A stretch of 41,470 nucleotides of DNA from Isosphaeraceae bacterium (GTDB taxonomy: Bacteria; Planctomycetota; Planctomycetia; Isosphaerales; Isosphaeraceae). Position numbers and translations under genes: made by a program. Shown here piece after piece: positions 9,710 through 20,346 of the stretch; positions within the stretch are counted from its first letter, which is position 1; the number at the start of each line of letters is the position of its first letter. The DNA is taken from contig CBDAVP010000003.1 of NCBI GenBank assembly GCA_965201075.1, forward strand, positions 186,001-227,470. The letters are read 5' to 3'. The notes below the pieces were generated by a model. That model searched no databases, was not told the DNA's origin, and saw only the letters and a program-made list of their open reading frames with translations.

Positions 9710-10837
9710 ATGTGTCTGTCCAATCCGAATCGCGGTGGGCCCAGGCGGGCTCGGGGCTTCACCCTGATCGAACTGCTGGTGGTCATCGCCATTATCGGCG
9801 TTCTGATCGGCCTCCTGCTGCCGGCGGTCCAGGCGGCTCGGGAGGCGGCCCGACGCGCTCAGTGCACCAACAATCTCAAGCAGTTGGGCCTGGCCCTGCA
9901 CAATTACCATTCCGCCACCGGGGCATTCCCGTTGGGCGGGTCGTATACCACGAACCTGAAGTTCGGGGTGACGGGCGGCTGGGGCGCCTGGAGCGCCCAC
10001 TCCTTGATGCTGCCGTATCTGGAGCAGACGGCCGTCTACAACGCGATCAACTTTAATATCTCGCTCGACAATGGAAACGGCGAGGCCCTCATCCAATCGA
10101 CGGCGACCGGCGTGGTAATCAACGCCTTCCTTTGCCCGTCCTCGCCGGACTACCCTGGCACCGACAATTACGGGCGACGCGCGGAGGCGAATTGCTACTG
10201 GGCCTCCGTCGGGTCGAGCATGTGCGAGTATGGGTCCAACAACGGGTTTTGCGGCTCGTCGCCGGCCAATGGGATCTTTGCTGTCGGCGGTCCGGTTTAC
10301 AGCACTCGCGACGTCCTGGACGGAACTTCCAACACCGTGGCCTTTGGCGAGTGGCGGCTGGGTGACGGCAGCAATTCCAAGCTGTCGATTCCCCAGGACA
10401 TGATCATGACGACCACTTATCCCTCCGGAGCCAGCCAGGGTTCGGCCCTGCTGACGATGCCGTTTGGGGGCAGTGGGTTCAACGCCTGGCTGGCGCAGTG
10501 TGCCGGCGCCGCGCCTGCCTCGCTTGGCGACACCACCAACACTCTGCAACGCAGCAGCCTCGGCAGTGATTGGTATCAGGCTCTCTTCGGTCACACCGTG
10601 GGCAACACCTTGATTCCGCCCAACAGCAACTATCCCAACTGCTACCTTCTGCTGGGTGGCGGTGACCAGGACTATGGCTATGGCGCCATTGGCGCGAGCA
10701 GCTACCATTCTGGCGGAGCGAACTTCGCCATGACTGACGGCTCGGTCCGGTTCATCAAGGCCAGCGTCAACCAGGTGGTCTACTGGTCACTGGGTTCGCG
10801 CAACGGCAACGAAGTCATTAGCGCCAGCGATTATTGA
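9710..10837 (+). CDS. DUF1559 prepilin-type N-terminal cleavage/methylation domain protein
   Basis: RGFTLIELLVVIAIIGVLIGLLLPAVQAAREAARRAQCTNNLKQLGLALHNYH, DGTSNTVAFGE, and C-terminal H-X9-DG motif (HSGGANFAMTDGSV). Confidence 0.96.
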   Translation: MCLSNPNRGGPRRARGFTLIELLVVIAIIGVLIGLLLPAVQAAREAARRAQCTNNLKQLGLALHNYHSATGAFPLGGSYTTNLKFGVTGGWGAWSAHSLMLPYLEQTAVYNAINFNISLDNGNGEALIQSTATGVVINAFLCPSSPDYPGTDNYGRRAEANCYWASVGSSMCEYGSNNGFCGSSPANGIFAVGGPVYSTRDVLDGTSNTVAFGEWRLGDGSNSKLSIPQDMIMTTTYPSGASQGSALLTMPFGGSGFNAWLAQCAGAAPASLGDTTNTLQRSSLGSDWYQALFGHTVGNTLIPPNSNYPNCYLLLGGGDQDYGYGAIGASSYHSGGANFAMTDGSVRFIKASVNQVVYWSLGSRNGNEVISASDY

Positions 10838-10840
10838 GCG

Positions 10841-10862
10841 ACCCCGGCTTGTCGGGGGTTTT
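10841..10862 (+). terminator. Rho-independent terminator after DUF1559
   Basis: ACCCCGGC-TT-GTCGGGGT hairpin followed by TTTT, immediately after the stop codon. Confidence 0.65.
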
Positions 10863-11052
10863 CGCGACGAGGTCGCCGTCACTCGCGGGCCGGGCCGATC
10901 CCCGTCCCGCGACGATTCGCGTCCGAGCCGACAGGGCAGCTCTTCCGGACTCGGGAAAAGAATTCAAGGGTGGGCGGGATTTGGGTCGAAATTTTCGGTA
11001 GTGGCCCGCGGGTCGAGTTCGCGAGGATTCGGCCGGGGGTCGCCGCCGTTGG

Positions 11053-11199
11053 CGAAGAGCAGGTGCCGTCGAGTGAACCATCTGGTGCTCCCAGATCCCC
11101 TCTTTCCCGGGAGGGGCCTCAACGGCGGTCGACCCTGTCCCGTCGGAGGCGCCTTGCCTCGCGGGCCGGGTGCCCCGAATGTACGGCACCTGCTCCTCG
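11053..11199. ncRNA. Candidate structured non-coding RNA (multi-hairpin element closed by 17-bp stem; possibly 6S-like)
   Basis: CGAAGAGCAGGTGCCGT (11053-11069) pairs with ACGGCACCTGCTCCTCG (11183-11199) at 16/17 positions. Internal hairpins ATCTGG/CCAGAT, CCCCTC/GAGGGG, CCTC..ACGG/CCGT..GAGG. Intergenic location. Family and strand not established. Confidence 0.45.
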
Positions 11200-11360
11200 A
11201 CCCTCGTGTCCATCCCCTCCCGCTCTCCGCGAATCTCCCCATCGAAGACGCTGGCTCGCCTTGGCGCCTCTTTGCGGCAATCCCGTACAAACGAATGAGT
11301 GAGGATCGATCCTCGGCCCCCTCCGCCGAGATTTCCGTATTCGTTCGGGGATTCACGGAC

Positions 11361-12111
11361 GTGCCCACCGAATCGAAGCCCGCCCCGGCCACCGGCAAGG
11401 TCCTGGTGTCGCTGGCGACCTACAATGAGAAGGATAACCTCCCCGACCTCGTCCGGGAGATCCGCACCTATCGCGCCCTCGGCGTCGATCCTGGTCATCG
11501 ATGACAATTCCCCGGACGGGACCGGTGAGATCGCCGACCGACTGCGAGCGCCGCTGCCCGGCCTCCACGTGATTCACCGGCCCAGCAAGATGGGCCTGGG
11601 CACGGCCCTGCTGACGGGGATGCAGTACGCCATCGACCACGGGTACGACTATTTCCTGAATCTGGACGCCGACGGCAGCCACCCGCCCCGCTTCATCCCC
11701 GACCTGCTGGCGGGCATGGACCGGCATGACATCATGATCGGCTCTCGCTACGTTCCGGGCGGAGGGGTCGAGGGGGAGTTTAACCTCAAGCGGAAGGTGA
11801 TGAGCACGGGCATCAACCTGTACGCCCGACTTCTGCTGGGTTTGAAGACCCGGGACAACAGCGGCTCGTTCCGCTGCTACCGAGTGGCCAAGCTCGCCGA
11901 GATCGACTTCGACCGGGTCCGCTCGCGAGGCTACTCCTTCATGGAGGAGATTCTCTTCTGGTGCCGCCAGGTGGGCTGCACGATGGGAGAGACGCCAATC
12001 CTCTTTGAGAATCGTCGGGCCGGAATCTCCAAGATCAACAAGGCCGAAGCGGTGAAGGCCCTCCAGATCATTTTTCAACTGGGGATCGCCCGGGCCTGTG
12101 GAAGGGCCTGA
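11361..12111 (+). pseudogene. Polyprenol/dolichol-phosphate mannose synthase (GT2, Ppm1/DPM1-like), frameshifted at ~11469-11472
   Basis: N-terminal KVLVSLATYNEKDNLPDLVREIRTY lies in the frame of ORF 11001..11504. The rest (APSASILVIDDNSPDGTG...LDADGSHPP...GSRYVPGG) lies in the frame of ORF 11299..12111. One extra base in ACC-TAT-C-GCG joins them. It may be a sequencing error. Confidence 0.85.
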
Positions 12112-12279
12112 GCGGGGTTCCGGTCCCGATAAACCCTTGATTCGGGCCGCGGTTGTGCTAACTCTTTAGGATGCACCGGCGCGGACCTCGGCCGTGACCG
12201 GTGAAGCCCCGCGATGGGGTGAAAAGCCGCGGACCACGCGCCCACGCCGAACCGTCACCTGCCCGAAGGAGTTCGCCCG

Positions 12280-12639
12280 ATGTCCTCGGCCCCTCGCCAG
12301 CATTTACGCCTGGAACCGATGGGCGACGTCACCGTCGTCAGCTTCATCGACTCCAAGATTGTCACCGAGGAAGACATCCAGGAAGTTGGCGATCAACTGT
12401 ATAGCCTCGTGGAAAGCGAGGGACATCGCCGGCTCTTGCTGAACTTCCGCAACGTCCGCTATCTGTCCAGTGCCGCGCTAGGCAAGCTGATCAATCTCAA
12501 GAAGAAGGTTGGCGTGGTCAAGGGCGACCTCAAACTCTGTTGCATCCACCCCGACCTCCTCGAAGTTTTCAAAATCACCCGGCTGGACCAGGTTTTCCAG
12601 ATTTACGACGACGAGACGGTCGCCCTGGACAAGTTCTGA
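12280..12639 (+). CDS. STAS-domain anti-sigma factor antagonist
   Basis: LLLNFRNVRYLSSAALGKLI (phosphorylatable Ser motif), VFKITRLDQVF; AAGGAG RBS. Confidence 0.93.
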   Translation: MSSAPRQHLRLEPMGDVTVVSFIDSKIVTEEDIQEVGDQLYSLVESEGHRRLLLNFRNVRYLSSAALGKLINLKKKVGVVKGDLKLCCIHPDLLEVFKITRLDQVFQIYDDETVALDKF

Positions 12640-12729
12640 GACGAACGGCCCGCCCGGGGCCGACGGGCGTAACGACGGGCCGCCCTTTCTGGGTGGACGG
12701 AGACCTTGCGCGGGGATGGTATCGGCCCG

Positions 12730-15366
12730 ATGAGCGACCCATCCGCGACGCCGATGATGCGTCAATACCGGGAGTTGAAGGCCCGCGACCCCGACGCCCT
12801 TCTGCTGTACCGGATGGGCGACTTTTACGAACTTTTCGGTGAGGACGCCGAGCAAGCCTCGGCGCTCCTGGGCTTGACGCTGACGACGCGCGACAAGGGG
12901 GCCGACCCCGTGCCGATGGCCGGGTTCCCTCACCCGGCGCTGGAGTCGTATCTGGCCAAACTCGTGGCCCTGGGCCGGCGGGCCGCCGTCTGCGAGCAGG
13001 TGGAAGACCCCAAGCTCGCCAAGGGGTTGGTCAAGCGCGAGGTGGTCCGGGTGGTCACTCCCGGCACCTTGGTGGACGACGCGCTGCTGGACCCGAGGGC
13101 GGCGAACTACCTGGCCGCGGTGGTCGAAGCCCGCGGAAAACTGGGGCTGGCCTGGGTCGACCTTTCGACCGGCCGGTTCGGACTGACCGAGGTTTCCCGA
13201 CGAGAACTGGCCGACGAACTGGCCCGCCTCGACCCGGCCGAGATTCTCGTCAGCGAGACGAGCCTGGGCACGCCCTGGGCGCGAGCGTTGAATGGGCCGG
13301 GGCAGGGGTCCGTCGTGTTGACGTCACGGCCCTCGTGGGATTTCGTGCCCGAACAGGCCCGTGTCACCCTTTTCGACCACTTCGGCACGACCACCCTGGC
13401 CGGCTTCGGGATCGAGGACGACGCCATCGAGGTCGCCGCCGCCGGCGCTCTGGTCTCGTATCTGCGGGAGACTCAGAAATCCGGCCTGGGCCACCTCGTA
13501 AGGCTGACGCCCCACCGGCTCGACCGCGTGCTTGCCCTCGACGAGATGACCCGTCGCAGCCTGGAGTTGACCCGCACCCTCCGCGAGGGAAGACGCGAAG
13601 GCTCGCTGCTCCAGGTCATCGACCGCGCCACCACGCCGATGGGCTCCCGACTGCTGGCGGAGTGGCTGACCTCGCCGCTGACCGACCTGGACGCGATCGG
13701 CTCCCGGCATTCGGCGGTCGCCGAGTTCGTCGACGACGGCGCCCTACGCGCCGACCTGCGCGCCAGCCTTGGCCGGGCCGCCGACCTGGAACGTCTCTCG
13801 GCCCGATCCGGTACCGGCCGGGCAACCCCCCGGGACCTCGTGGCCCTGGCTCGCACCCTTTCGCTCCTGCCCAGGATCAAGGCCCGGCTGACCGCCCGGA
13901 CGTCTCGACTGCTGGCTAAGCTCGAAACCGACCTGGAACTCTTGCCCGAGGTTCGCGAGGCGATCGAGTCGGCACTGGCCGACGATCCGCCGATGAACCC
14001 CAAGGATGGCGGGGTCATTCGCCAAGGGTACCATCCCCACCTCGACGAACTGCGGGAGATCGCCAGGGGGGGCAAGTCGTGGATCGCCACCTACGAGGCC
14101 GAGCAGGCCCGCCGGACGGGCATTTCGGGACTCAAGGTCCGTTTCAACAACGTCTTTGGCTATTACGTCGAGATCACCCACGCCCAGGCTCAGGGGAAAA
14201 CGCTCCCTCCCGACTTCGTACGCAAGCAGACCGTCAAGAACGCCGAGCGGTACATCACCCCGGAGCTGAAGGAATACGAGGACAAGGTCCTCAACGCCGA
14301 GGAGCGGGCCCGGTCACTGGAAGTCGAGTTGTTCCAGTCGTTGCGGGACCGAGTGGCCGCCGAATCTCCCCGGCTGATCCAGGCCGGCGCAGTGCTGGCC
14401 CAGGTCGATGTCCTGGTGGGCCTGGCCGAACTGGCGGCCCGGCAGAATTACTGTCGGCCGGAGATGGTTTCCGACCCGGTCCTGGAGATTGATTCCGGCC
14501 GCCACCCGGTTCTTGACGCCACTTTGGCTCAGGGGGAGTTCGTCCCCAATGACGTTCGTCTGGGGACCGACGATGGTTTGATCTTACTCCTGACCGGCCC
14601 CAACATGGCCGGCAAGAGCACCTACATCCGCCAGGTCGCTCTGATGGCGATACTGGCCCAGATCGGCAGCTTCGTCCCGGCGCGGTCCGCCCGACTTGGC
14701 GTGGTGGATCGCCTGTTCGCGAGGGTCGGGGCGACCGACGAACTGGGACGGGGGATGAGCACGTTCATGGTCGAGATGACCGAGACGGCCAACATCCTCA
14801 ACAACGCGACCCCCCAGAGCCTCGTCATCCTCGACGAGATTGGCCGGGGAACCAGCACCTTTGACGGCGTCTCGCTCGCCTGGGCGATCACTGAGCACCT
14901 CCACGACGCCATCGGCTGCCGGACGCTCTTCGCCACGCATTACCACGAACTCGTCGAGCTCGAACAGACCAAGCCCCGCCTACGCAATGCAAACGTCGCG
15001 GTCCGGGAATCGTCGGGGGATGTCGTGTTCCTCCACCGGATCATTCCCGGAGGCGCGGACCAGTCCTACGGCATCCACGTCGCCCGGCTGGCCGGCGTCC
15101 CGGCGTCCATCCTGGGCCGAGCCCGCGAGATCTTGGCGTTTCTGGAACGGCAGCATGTTCCCCAGGCCCCGTCGGAGTTACCGTCCTCGCCAACGGCGGC
15201 GCCCTCGCCGGTTCCCCAGGTCCGCACCGGTCGGGCCTTGCAGGGGAGCCTTTTTGCCGCCTTGCCCGAGCCCCTGGTCGCGGAGTTGCGGGGGATCGCG
15301 GTCGAGTCCTTGACTCCCGAAGAGGCGCTGGACCTGGTCCGCCGCCTGCGTGCTCTCGCCGTTTGA
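12730..15366 (+). CDS. mutS: DNA mismatch repair protein MutS
   Basis: [58 protein letters not shown]. Confidence 0.98.
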   Translation: MSDPSATPMMRQYRELKARDPDALLLYRMGDFYELFGEDAEQASALLGLTLTTRDKGADPVPMAGFPHPALESYLAKLVALGRRAAVCEQVEDPKLAKGLVKREVVRVVTPGTLVDDALLDPRAANYLAAVVEARGKLGLAWVDLSTGRFGLTEVSRRELADELARLDPAEILVSETSLGTPWARALNGPGQGSVVLTSRPSWDFVPEQARVTLFDHFGTTTLAGFGIEDDAIEVAAAGALVSYLRETQKSGLGHLVRLTPHRLDRVLALDEMTRRSLELTRTLREGRREGSLLQVIDRATTPMGSRLLAEWLTSPLTDLDAIGSRHSAVAEFVDDGALRADLRASLGRAADLERLSARSGTGRATPRDLVALARTLSLLPRIKARLTARTSRLLAKLETDLELLPEVREAIESALADDPPMNPKDGGVIRQGYHPHLDELREIARGGKSWIATYEAEQARRTGISGLKVRFNNVFGYYVEITHAQAQGKTLPPDFVRKQTVKNAERYITPELKEYEDKVLNAEERARSLEVELFQSLRDRVAAESPRLIQAGAVLAQVDVLVGLAELAARQNYCRPEMVSDPVLEIDSGRHPVLDATLAQGEFVPNDVRLGTDDGLILLLTGPNMAGKSTYIRQVALMAILAQIGSFVPARSARLGVVDRLFARVGATDELGRGMSTFMVEMTETANILNNATPQSLVILDEIGRGTSTFDGVSLAWAITEHLHDAIGCRTLFATHYHELVELEQTKPRLRNANVAVRESSGDVVFLHRIIPGGADQSYGIHVARLAGVPASILGRAREILAFLERQHVPQAPSELPSSPTAAPSPVPQVRTGRALQGSLFAALPEPLVAELRGIAVESLTPEEALDLVRRLRALAV

Positions 15367-15468
15367 GGGGAGGGGCGGCGGGTGGCCGATTGACTCGGGG
15401 CCTTCCTATAATCAGAACAAGGGCCGAGCGGGGAGCCCGGCCGCCGCGTTCGCGAGACTGTCCTCAAG

Positions 15469-16332
15469 ATGGCTGAGATCCCGACCCGCCCCGGGCACCC
15501 GATCGAGGTCGGCTGCTGCGGCTGGAGTTATCCCGACTGGGAAGGGCCGTTCTATCCCGAGGGGATGGCCGCGGGCGACTACCTGGAATGGTACGCCGGC
15601 CGATTTCCCGTCGTCGAGGTGGACAGCACGTTTTACCGTCCCCCCAGCGCCGCGATGGTCCGGGCCTGGCGGAGCCGCACCCCCGACGGCTTTCGCTTCG
15701 CGCTGAAGGTTCCGCGAGCCATCACCCACGACAAGCAGTTGCGCGACTGCGACGAGGAGGTCGAGGGCTTTTTGGCCGCTATCGAGCCCCTGGGCGACAA
15801 GCTGATGGTAGCCCTGCTGCAACTGGGCTACTTCAACCGCGGCGCCTTCGCCACGCTGGAAGCGTTCCTCGAAACCCTCGGCTCGTTCCTGGCGAACTGG
15901 CCGCACGCCAAGGTCCCCGTGGCCGTCGAGGTCCGCAACCGCCGCTGGGTCACGACCGACCTGATGCGCGTCCTCCGGTCCCATGACGCGGCGTTCACAC
16001 TGACCGAGCACCAGTGGATGCCCAGCATGGCCGAGGTCGAGCAACTGGTCGATCCCGTGACCGGACCGCTGGCGTATGTCCGATTGCTCGGGGATCGCGA
16101 GGCGATCGAGAAGGTGACGACGACCTGGGACCGGCCCGTCGTCGACCGCTCGGCCGACCTGTCCGTTTCGGCGGCGGTGATCGCCCGATTAGCCGCGAGG
16201 GTTCCCGTCGCCGTCTTCTGCAACAACCACTACGAAGGACATTCCCCGGAGACCGCCCGCCGGCTGCGGGGCTTGCTCGAACTGCCCGAGCCCATCCCAC
16301 CCGGGCGACGGCGGACCACCCTGTTCGACTGA
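15469..16332 (+). CDS. DUF72 domain protein (YecE-like)
   Basis: VGCCGWSYPDWEGPFYP, VEVDSTFYRPP, FALKVPRAITH, VEVRN, FCNNHYEG. A perfect TATAAT lies at 15407-15412 upstream. Confidence 0.93.
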   Translation: MAEIPTRPGHPIEVGCCGWSYPDWEGPFYPEGMAAGDYLEWYAGRFPVVEVDSTFYRPPSAAMVRAWRSRTPDGFRFALKVPRAITHDKQLRDCDEEVEGFLAAIEPLGDKLMVALLQLGYFNRGAFATLEAFLETLGSFLANWPHAKVPVAVEVRNRRWVTTDLMRVLRSHDAAFTLTEHQWMPSMAEVEQLVDPVTGPLAYVRLLGDREAIEKVTTTWDRPVVDRSADLSVSAAVIARLAARVPVAVFCNNHYEGHSPETARRLRGLLELPEPIPPGRRRTTLFD

Positions 16333-16343
16333 GGACTTCGCTC

Positions 16344-16637
16344 ATGAGACGAGCCGCCGGACCGTCGCCGAGCCGTCTACGGCCTGGTGCCGAACCCCTG
16401 GTGCTTCAGGTGGAACGCTACCGGCGGGCCACCTGGGGGCTCACGGCGGTCGTCGGCGTGATCGCCCTGATGTTCGTTGGCCTCTTCGGGGCGTTCGGCC
16501 GGCCCGACCTGGGCGTGGCCCTGGGTTTGATCGGCCTCGGTCCGATTGTCATCGCCGCCTGGCTGGAGATGCGGTCCCTGCGCCGCCACGTCGCCGCCGT
16601 TTCCGAACTGGTTCGCCCAGAGAGTGTCGAACCTTGA
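16344..16637 (+). CDS. Small two-TM membrane protein, hypothetical
   Basis: GAGGA RBS and ATG 12 nt after the DUF72 stop; two hydrophobic helices (WGLTAVVGVIALMFVGLFGAF; LGVALGLIGLGPIVIAAWL). Confidence 0.7.
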   Translation: MRRAAGPSPSRLRPGAEPLVLQVERYRRATWGLTAVVGVIALMFVGLFGAFGRPDLGVALGLIGLGPIVIAAWLEMRSLRRHVAAVSELVRPESVEP

Positions 16638-16731
16638 CGAGGCCCCAAGTTCGCTCCATCCTTGTCATCCCCCAACCGCAACAGGCTCGCCCTCGGCCCA
16701 ACCGGCCCGGCGAGCCCGGAGGTCCCCCGCG

Positions 16732-17391
16732 ATGCGACCCTTCTCGAAAATCCTTTCCAATGCATTCCCTACCCTGAGCCTGGTCTTGATCCTGGCCGGT
16801 TTCGCAAGGGCCCAGGATTCCCCATCGACTCCAAAAACGGAAAAGAAAGACACCCCCGAGGCGGCCGCCAAGTCCGAGACCGAGAAAGCGACATTCGGCG
16901 GCGGCTGCTTCTGGTGTCTAGAAGCCGTTTTCGAGCGAATCGAGGGAGTTAAGAACGTCGTTTCGGGTTACGCGGGGGGAACGGTCCCGCGGCCTTCCTA
17001 TGAGGATGTCTGTACCGGCGAGACCGGCCACGCCGAGGTCATTCAGGTCACGTTCGACCCCGAGGTCGTCTCTTACGAGAAGCTCCTCAAGATTTTCTTC
17101 GCCGCGCACGACCCGACGACCCTGAACCGGCAGGGGCCCGACTTCGGCACCCAGTACCGCTCGATCATTCTGTATTCCACCAACGAACAAAAGGACGAGG
17201 CTCGCAAGGTCTACGAGGAGTTGACGGGTTCGCGGCACTTCTCCGCGCCGATCGTCACCGATCTCGTCGCCCTCCAGGCGTTCTACCCCGCCGACGCTCA
17301 CCACCAGAATTACTACCGGAAGAACAAGTCGGCGGCCTATTGCCAACAGCAGATCGTCCCCAAGCTCCGGAAGCTGGGCCTTCTCAAGTAA
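16732..17391 (+). CDS. msrA: Peptide-methionine (S)-S-oxide reductase with signal peptide
   Basis: GGGCFWCLEA active site, TGHAEV, HDPTTLNRQGPDFGTQYRS, HQNYY; N-terminal signal ending ARA-Q; GGAGG RBS. Confidence 0.95.
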   Translation: MRPFSKILSNAFPTLSLVLILAGFARAQDSPSTPKTEKKDTPEAAAKSETEKATFGGGCFWCLEAVFERIEGVKNVVSGYAGGTVPRPSYEDVCTGETGHAEVIQVTFDPEVVSYEKLLKIFFAAHDPTTLNRQGPDFGTQYRSIILYSTNEQKDEARKVYEELTGSRHFSAPIVTDLVALQAFYPADAHHQNYYRKNKSAAYCQQQIVPKLRKLGLLK

Positions 17392-17464
17392 CCGAAACAC
17401 GCGGCAAATTGCTTCCCGGCGCTCGCGTCGGGAGGCATTTCCCAGACGACCGAATCCCGAGTTC

Positions 17465-18589
17465 TTACGCTTCGGGCGGGGGCAAGGTCTCGACGAATTC
17501 CGCCAGTTCTTCGAGCGACGGACTTCGCCCCGTCCGCACAAAGTAACCGCTGCAACCGACGCCGGCGCAAAGGCTTTCTTCCAGGTCGAACCCGAGGATG
17601 CGTCCCAGGCAAAACCCGGCGTTGAAGTGATCGCCGGCGCCGGTGCTGATCTTGGGGTGGAGCGTGAACGGGCCGACGATCGACGCCCGCCCGTGGCGCG
17701 TGGCCGCCGAGGCGCTTCGTCTAGGGTGGAGCACCACGCAGCCCAGTCCCAGCCGATCTCGCAGAGCCGAGGCGAACCCCACCTCGTCAGTCGCGTCGTA
17801 CTCCAGATTCAGGGCCCCCGCGACTTCCTCGGCCTCCTTGAGGTTCATTCCCAGGATAACGTCGACCCGCTCCTGGAACCGGGTCAGCAGCGCCAGGGCC
17901 CCACGAAGGTCGTCATCGGTGCGCTTCTCCGGGTCGGCCAGGTCGACGAACAGGGTTCGGGGGAACGGTCCCGGGTCGGCCGGGAGAATCTCGATCATCC
18001 GCTCCCAGATCGCGCTCATGTGCGGAAGCATTGTCCAGTTCACGAGGCCGATCAGCCGGGCCCGGGCCACCTGCTGTTTCAAGGCCTCGGCGCCGACCCG
18101 CTCGACGAGGTTGGCCCAGGTCACGTCGGCGAACGGGCCGAGCTTCCCCAGCATTACCTTGCCGTCCTCGAACTCCAGGGCATCGGTGTGCGCCGGCTGG
18201 GCGATGCCGAGGACCGTGGCGTGAGTGGCGAACTCGGCGAACACCGGGTCGATCCGCGGGTAGCCCACGCTGCCGATGTAGGTCACGTCCATGCCGCAAC
18301 TGGCCAGAGCGTTGGCCAGGATCGGGCCGTTGCCCCCGGGCTTCCGCTCGCGGACGACCAGCTCGTAGTTGGTCGACTGTCCAGCGGCGGCCAGCAGCTT
18401 CCGGCCGAGATCGCCGATGGTCGCGACCGGGTCGTGCCCCCCCTCGGCATGGCGAGTGCCGACGACCTCGATAATCTCGTCAACGAACCCGTCCAGGCCC
18501 ACCAGGGCCCGCAGGCCCGGCAGGCGGTCGACGGCCGACCCCAGCTTGCGCGCCGTGCTCGCGCAGATCGCTTCGCGTCGTTCGTCCAT
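17465..18589 (-). CDS. PfkB-family carbohydrate kinase
   Basis: GLDGFVDEI, PGGNGPILANAL, NLKEA and C-terminal STGAGDHFNAGF PfkB signature. Confidence 0.88.
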   Translation of the reverse strand: MDERREAICASTARKLGSAVDRLPGLRALVGLDGFVDEIIEVVGTRHAEGGHDPVATIGDLGRKLLAAAGQSTNYELVVRERKPGGNGPILANALASCGMDVTYIGSVGYPRIDPVFAEFATHATVLGIAQPAHTDALEFEDGKVMLGKLGPFADVTWANLVERVGAEALKQQVARARLIGLVNWTMLPHMSAIWERMIEILPADPGPFPRTLFVDLADPEKRTDDDLRGALALLTRFQERVDVILGMNLKEAEEVAGALNLEYDATDEVGFASALRDRLGLGCVVLHPRRSASAATRHGRASIVGPFTLHPKISTGAGDHFNAGFCLGRILGFDLEESLCAGVGCSGYFVRTGRSPSLEELAEFVETLPPPEA

Positions 18590-18679
18590 CGCGGCGATCC
18601 TCCGCCTTGGGGGCTGACCTCGACCGATCCCAACCGGTTCAGGTCACGATGACCCATTCTCCGGTCCGCATGGCCCTTC

Positions 18680-20230
18680 TCATCGACCAGCACCCCCCGG
18701 GTCCTTCAAAGGGGACGACCCGAGCGAGTAAAGCTCCCCGTACTTCTTCGTCAAGGCCCGCAACAACGGAACAGGGCTGGGGACCGAGCCGGTCGCCCGC
18801 TCCATCAGCTCGGCCGACCGGAAGGCCCGCCCGTGACGATGGACTTTTCCCCGCAGCCAGTCAAGCAGACCGGAGCAGTCTCCTCGGGCCAACGATTCCT
18901 CGAGCGTTACCAGTTCCTCGCGGACGGTGTCGAAAAGTTGCGCCGCGTAAAGATTGCCGAGGGTGTAGGTCGGAAAATAGCCGACGAGCCCGGCGGCCCA
19001 GTGAATATCCTGCAGACATCCCTCGGCGACGTGAGCCGGACGGATGCCCAGGTTCGCCTCATAGGCATCGTCCCAGGCCGCCGGCAGGTCGGCGACGGCC
19101 AGGTCTCCCGCCACCAGGGCCTGTTCCAGTTCAAATCGGGCCAGGACGTGCAGGTTGTACGTCACCTCGTCGGCCTGGACCCGAATCAACGTCGGCGCGA
19201 CCCGGTTGATCGCCCGGTGGAAGGTATCCGCGTCAAGGTCCCCCAACGATGACGGGAAGGTTCGCCGGAGGATCGGGAACCAGTAAATCCAGAAGGGCCG
19301 ACCGCGTCCCACGGAGTTCTCCCATAGCCTCGATTGCGACTCATGCGCCCCCAGCGACGCCGCCTCGCCCATCGGCGTTCCGGCATGTTCGGCGGCGAGC
19401 CCCTGCTCATAAAGGGCGTGCCCAGCCTCGTGCAAGACGCCGAAGAATGACTCGGAGAAATCTCGGGGATTGTAACGGGTGGTGATCCGGCAATCCCCCG
19501 GACCAATCCCCGAGCAAAACGGGTGCGCGGTCACGTCCAATCGGCCCCTTTGGAAATCAAAACCCAGCGCCGAGGCCGCCGCCTCGCCCAGCATCTTCTG
19601 GCGATCGACGGGGTAGTCGCGGTCAAAAACCGACAGGTCGGGCCGGCTCGACGACTCGGCAATCGCCCGGACCAAGGGCACAAGGCCCGCTTTCAAGGTC
19701 GAGAAGATCGGCTCCAGGGACTCGGTCGTCGCCCCCGGTTCGTAGTCGTCCAGCAAGGCGTCATACGGCGCCTGGCGATACCCCAGGCACTCGGCCTCCT
19801 GGCGTTTCAGGGCGAAGATGGACTCCAGCCAGGGGCGGAACCGGGGGAAATCCCGATCTTTGCGAGCGGCGACCCATTCCCCCTGGGCAATCGTCGTGAC
19901 CCTCGCCAACTCCTCGACCAGCGAACGAGGCAGCCTGGTCTGGCGGTCAAAATCCCGTCGCCACTCGCGAAGGTTCGCCGCCTCGGGGCTTTCCCGGTCC
20001 GGGAATTCGGCGGAACCCTCGGTCTCTTCGAGCAATACGCCCACCCGGGCATCCACCGCCCGGTCGTGGGTCATGCCCGCCAGGGTGGCCATCATCGCGC
20101 CGCGGTGCTCGGACCCGCCCGCCGGCATGTACGTCTGCTCGTCCCAACCCAATAGGGCTGAACACGACGCCAGGGTCGAGCGTTCCCGAGAGCGTCGGAC
20201 CAGTTCTTGATAAGCGGCGCGTGCGTCCAT
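18680..20230 (-). CDS. Carboxypeptidase M32 (Taq family)
   Basis: LLGWDEQTYMP, HPF, RITTRY, HEAGH zinc motif, HESQS, IRVQADE, GCLQDIHW, GYFPTYTLG. Confidence 0.96.
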   Translation of the reverse strand: MDARAAYQELVRRSRERSTLASCSALLGWDEQTYMPAGGSEHRGAMMATLAGMTHDRAVDARVGVLLEETEGSAEFPDRESPEAANLREWRRDFDRQTRLPRSLVEELARVTTIAQGEWVAARKDRDFPRFRPWLESIFALKRQEAECLGYRQAPYDALLDDYEPGATTESLEPIFSTLKAGLVPLVRAIAESSSRPDLSVFDRDYPVDRQKMLGEAAASALGFDFQRGRLDVTAHPFCSGIGPGDCRITTRYNPRDFSESFFGVLHEAGHALYEQGLAAEHAGTPMGEAASLGAHESQSRLWENSVGRGRPFWIYWFPILRRTFPSSLGDLDADTFHRAINRVAPTLIRVQADEVTYNLHVLARFELEQALVAGDLAVADLPAAWDDAYEANLGIRPAHVAEGCLQDIHWAAGLVGYFPTYTLGNLYAAQLFDTVREELVTLEESLARGDCSGLLDWLRGKVHRHGRAFRSAELMERATGSVPSPVPLLRALTKKYGELYSLGSSPLKDPGGAGR

Positions 20231-20346
20231 CAATCGGCAACCTCAACGGTTCGGCCGACGATCCTACCTAGCGGACCGGCCATCGATCGTTGGTTGTAAC
20301 TCTACCAGAATGCGCCTCCGCCGGCTGAGTTCACCGTGACGCAAAG

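Noticed and set aside
10818..11213. Minus-strand ORF from ATG 11213 with a GGAGGGG SD-like sequence
   Set aside because: Low-complexity Arg/Pro product with no motif, running through the DUF1559 terminator and stop. The structured-element explanation fits better, although translation is not excluded.
15390..15412. TTGACT paired with TATAAT as the DUF72 promoter
   Set aside because: The spacer is only 11 nt. The -10 is plausible but this -35 pairing is not.
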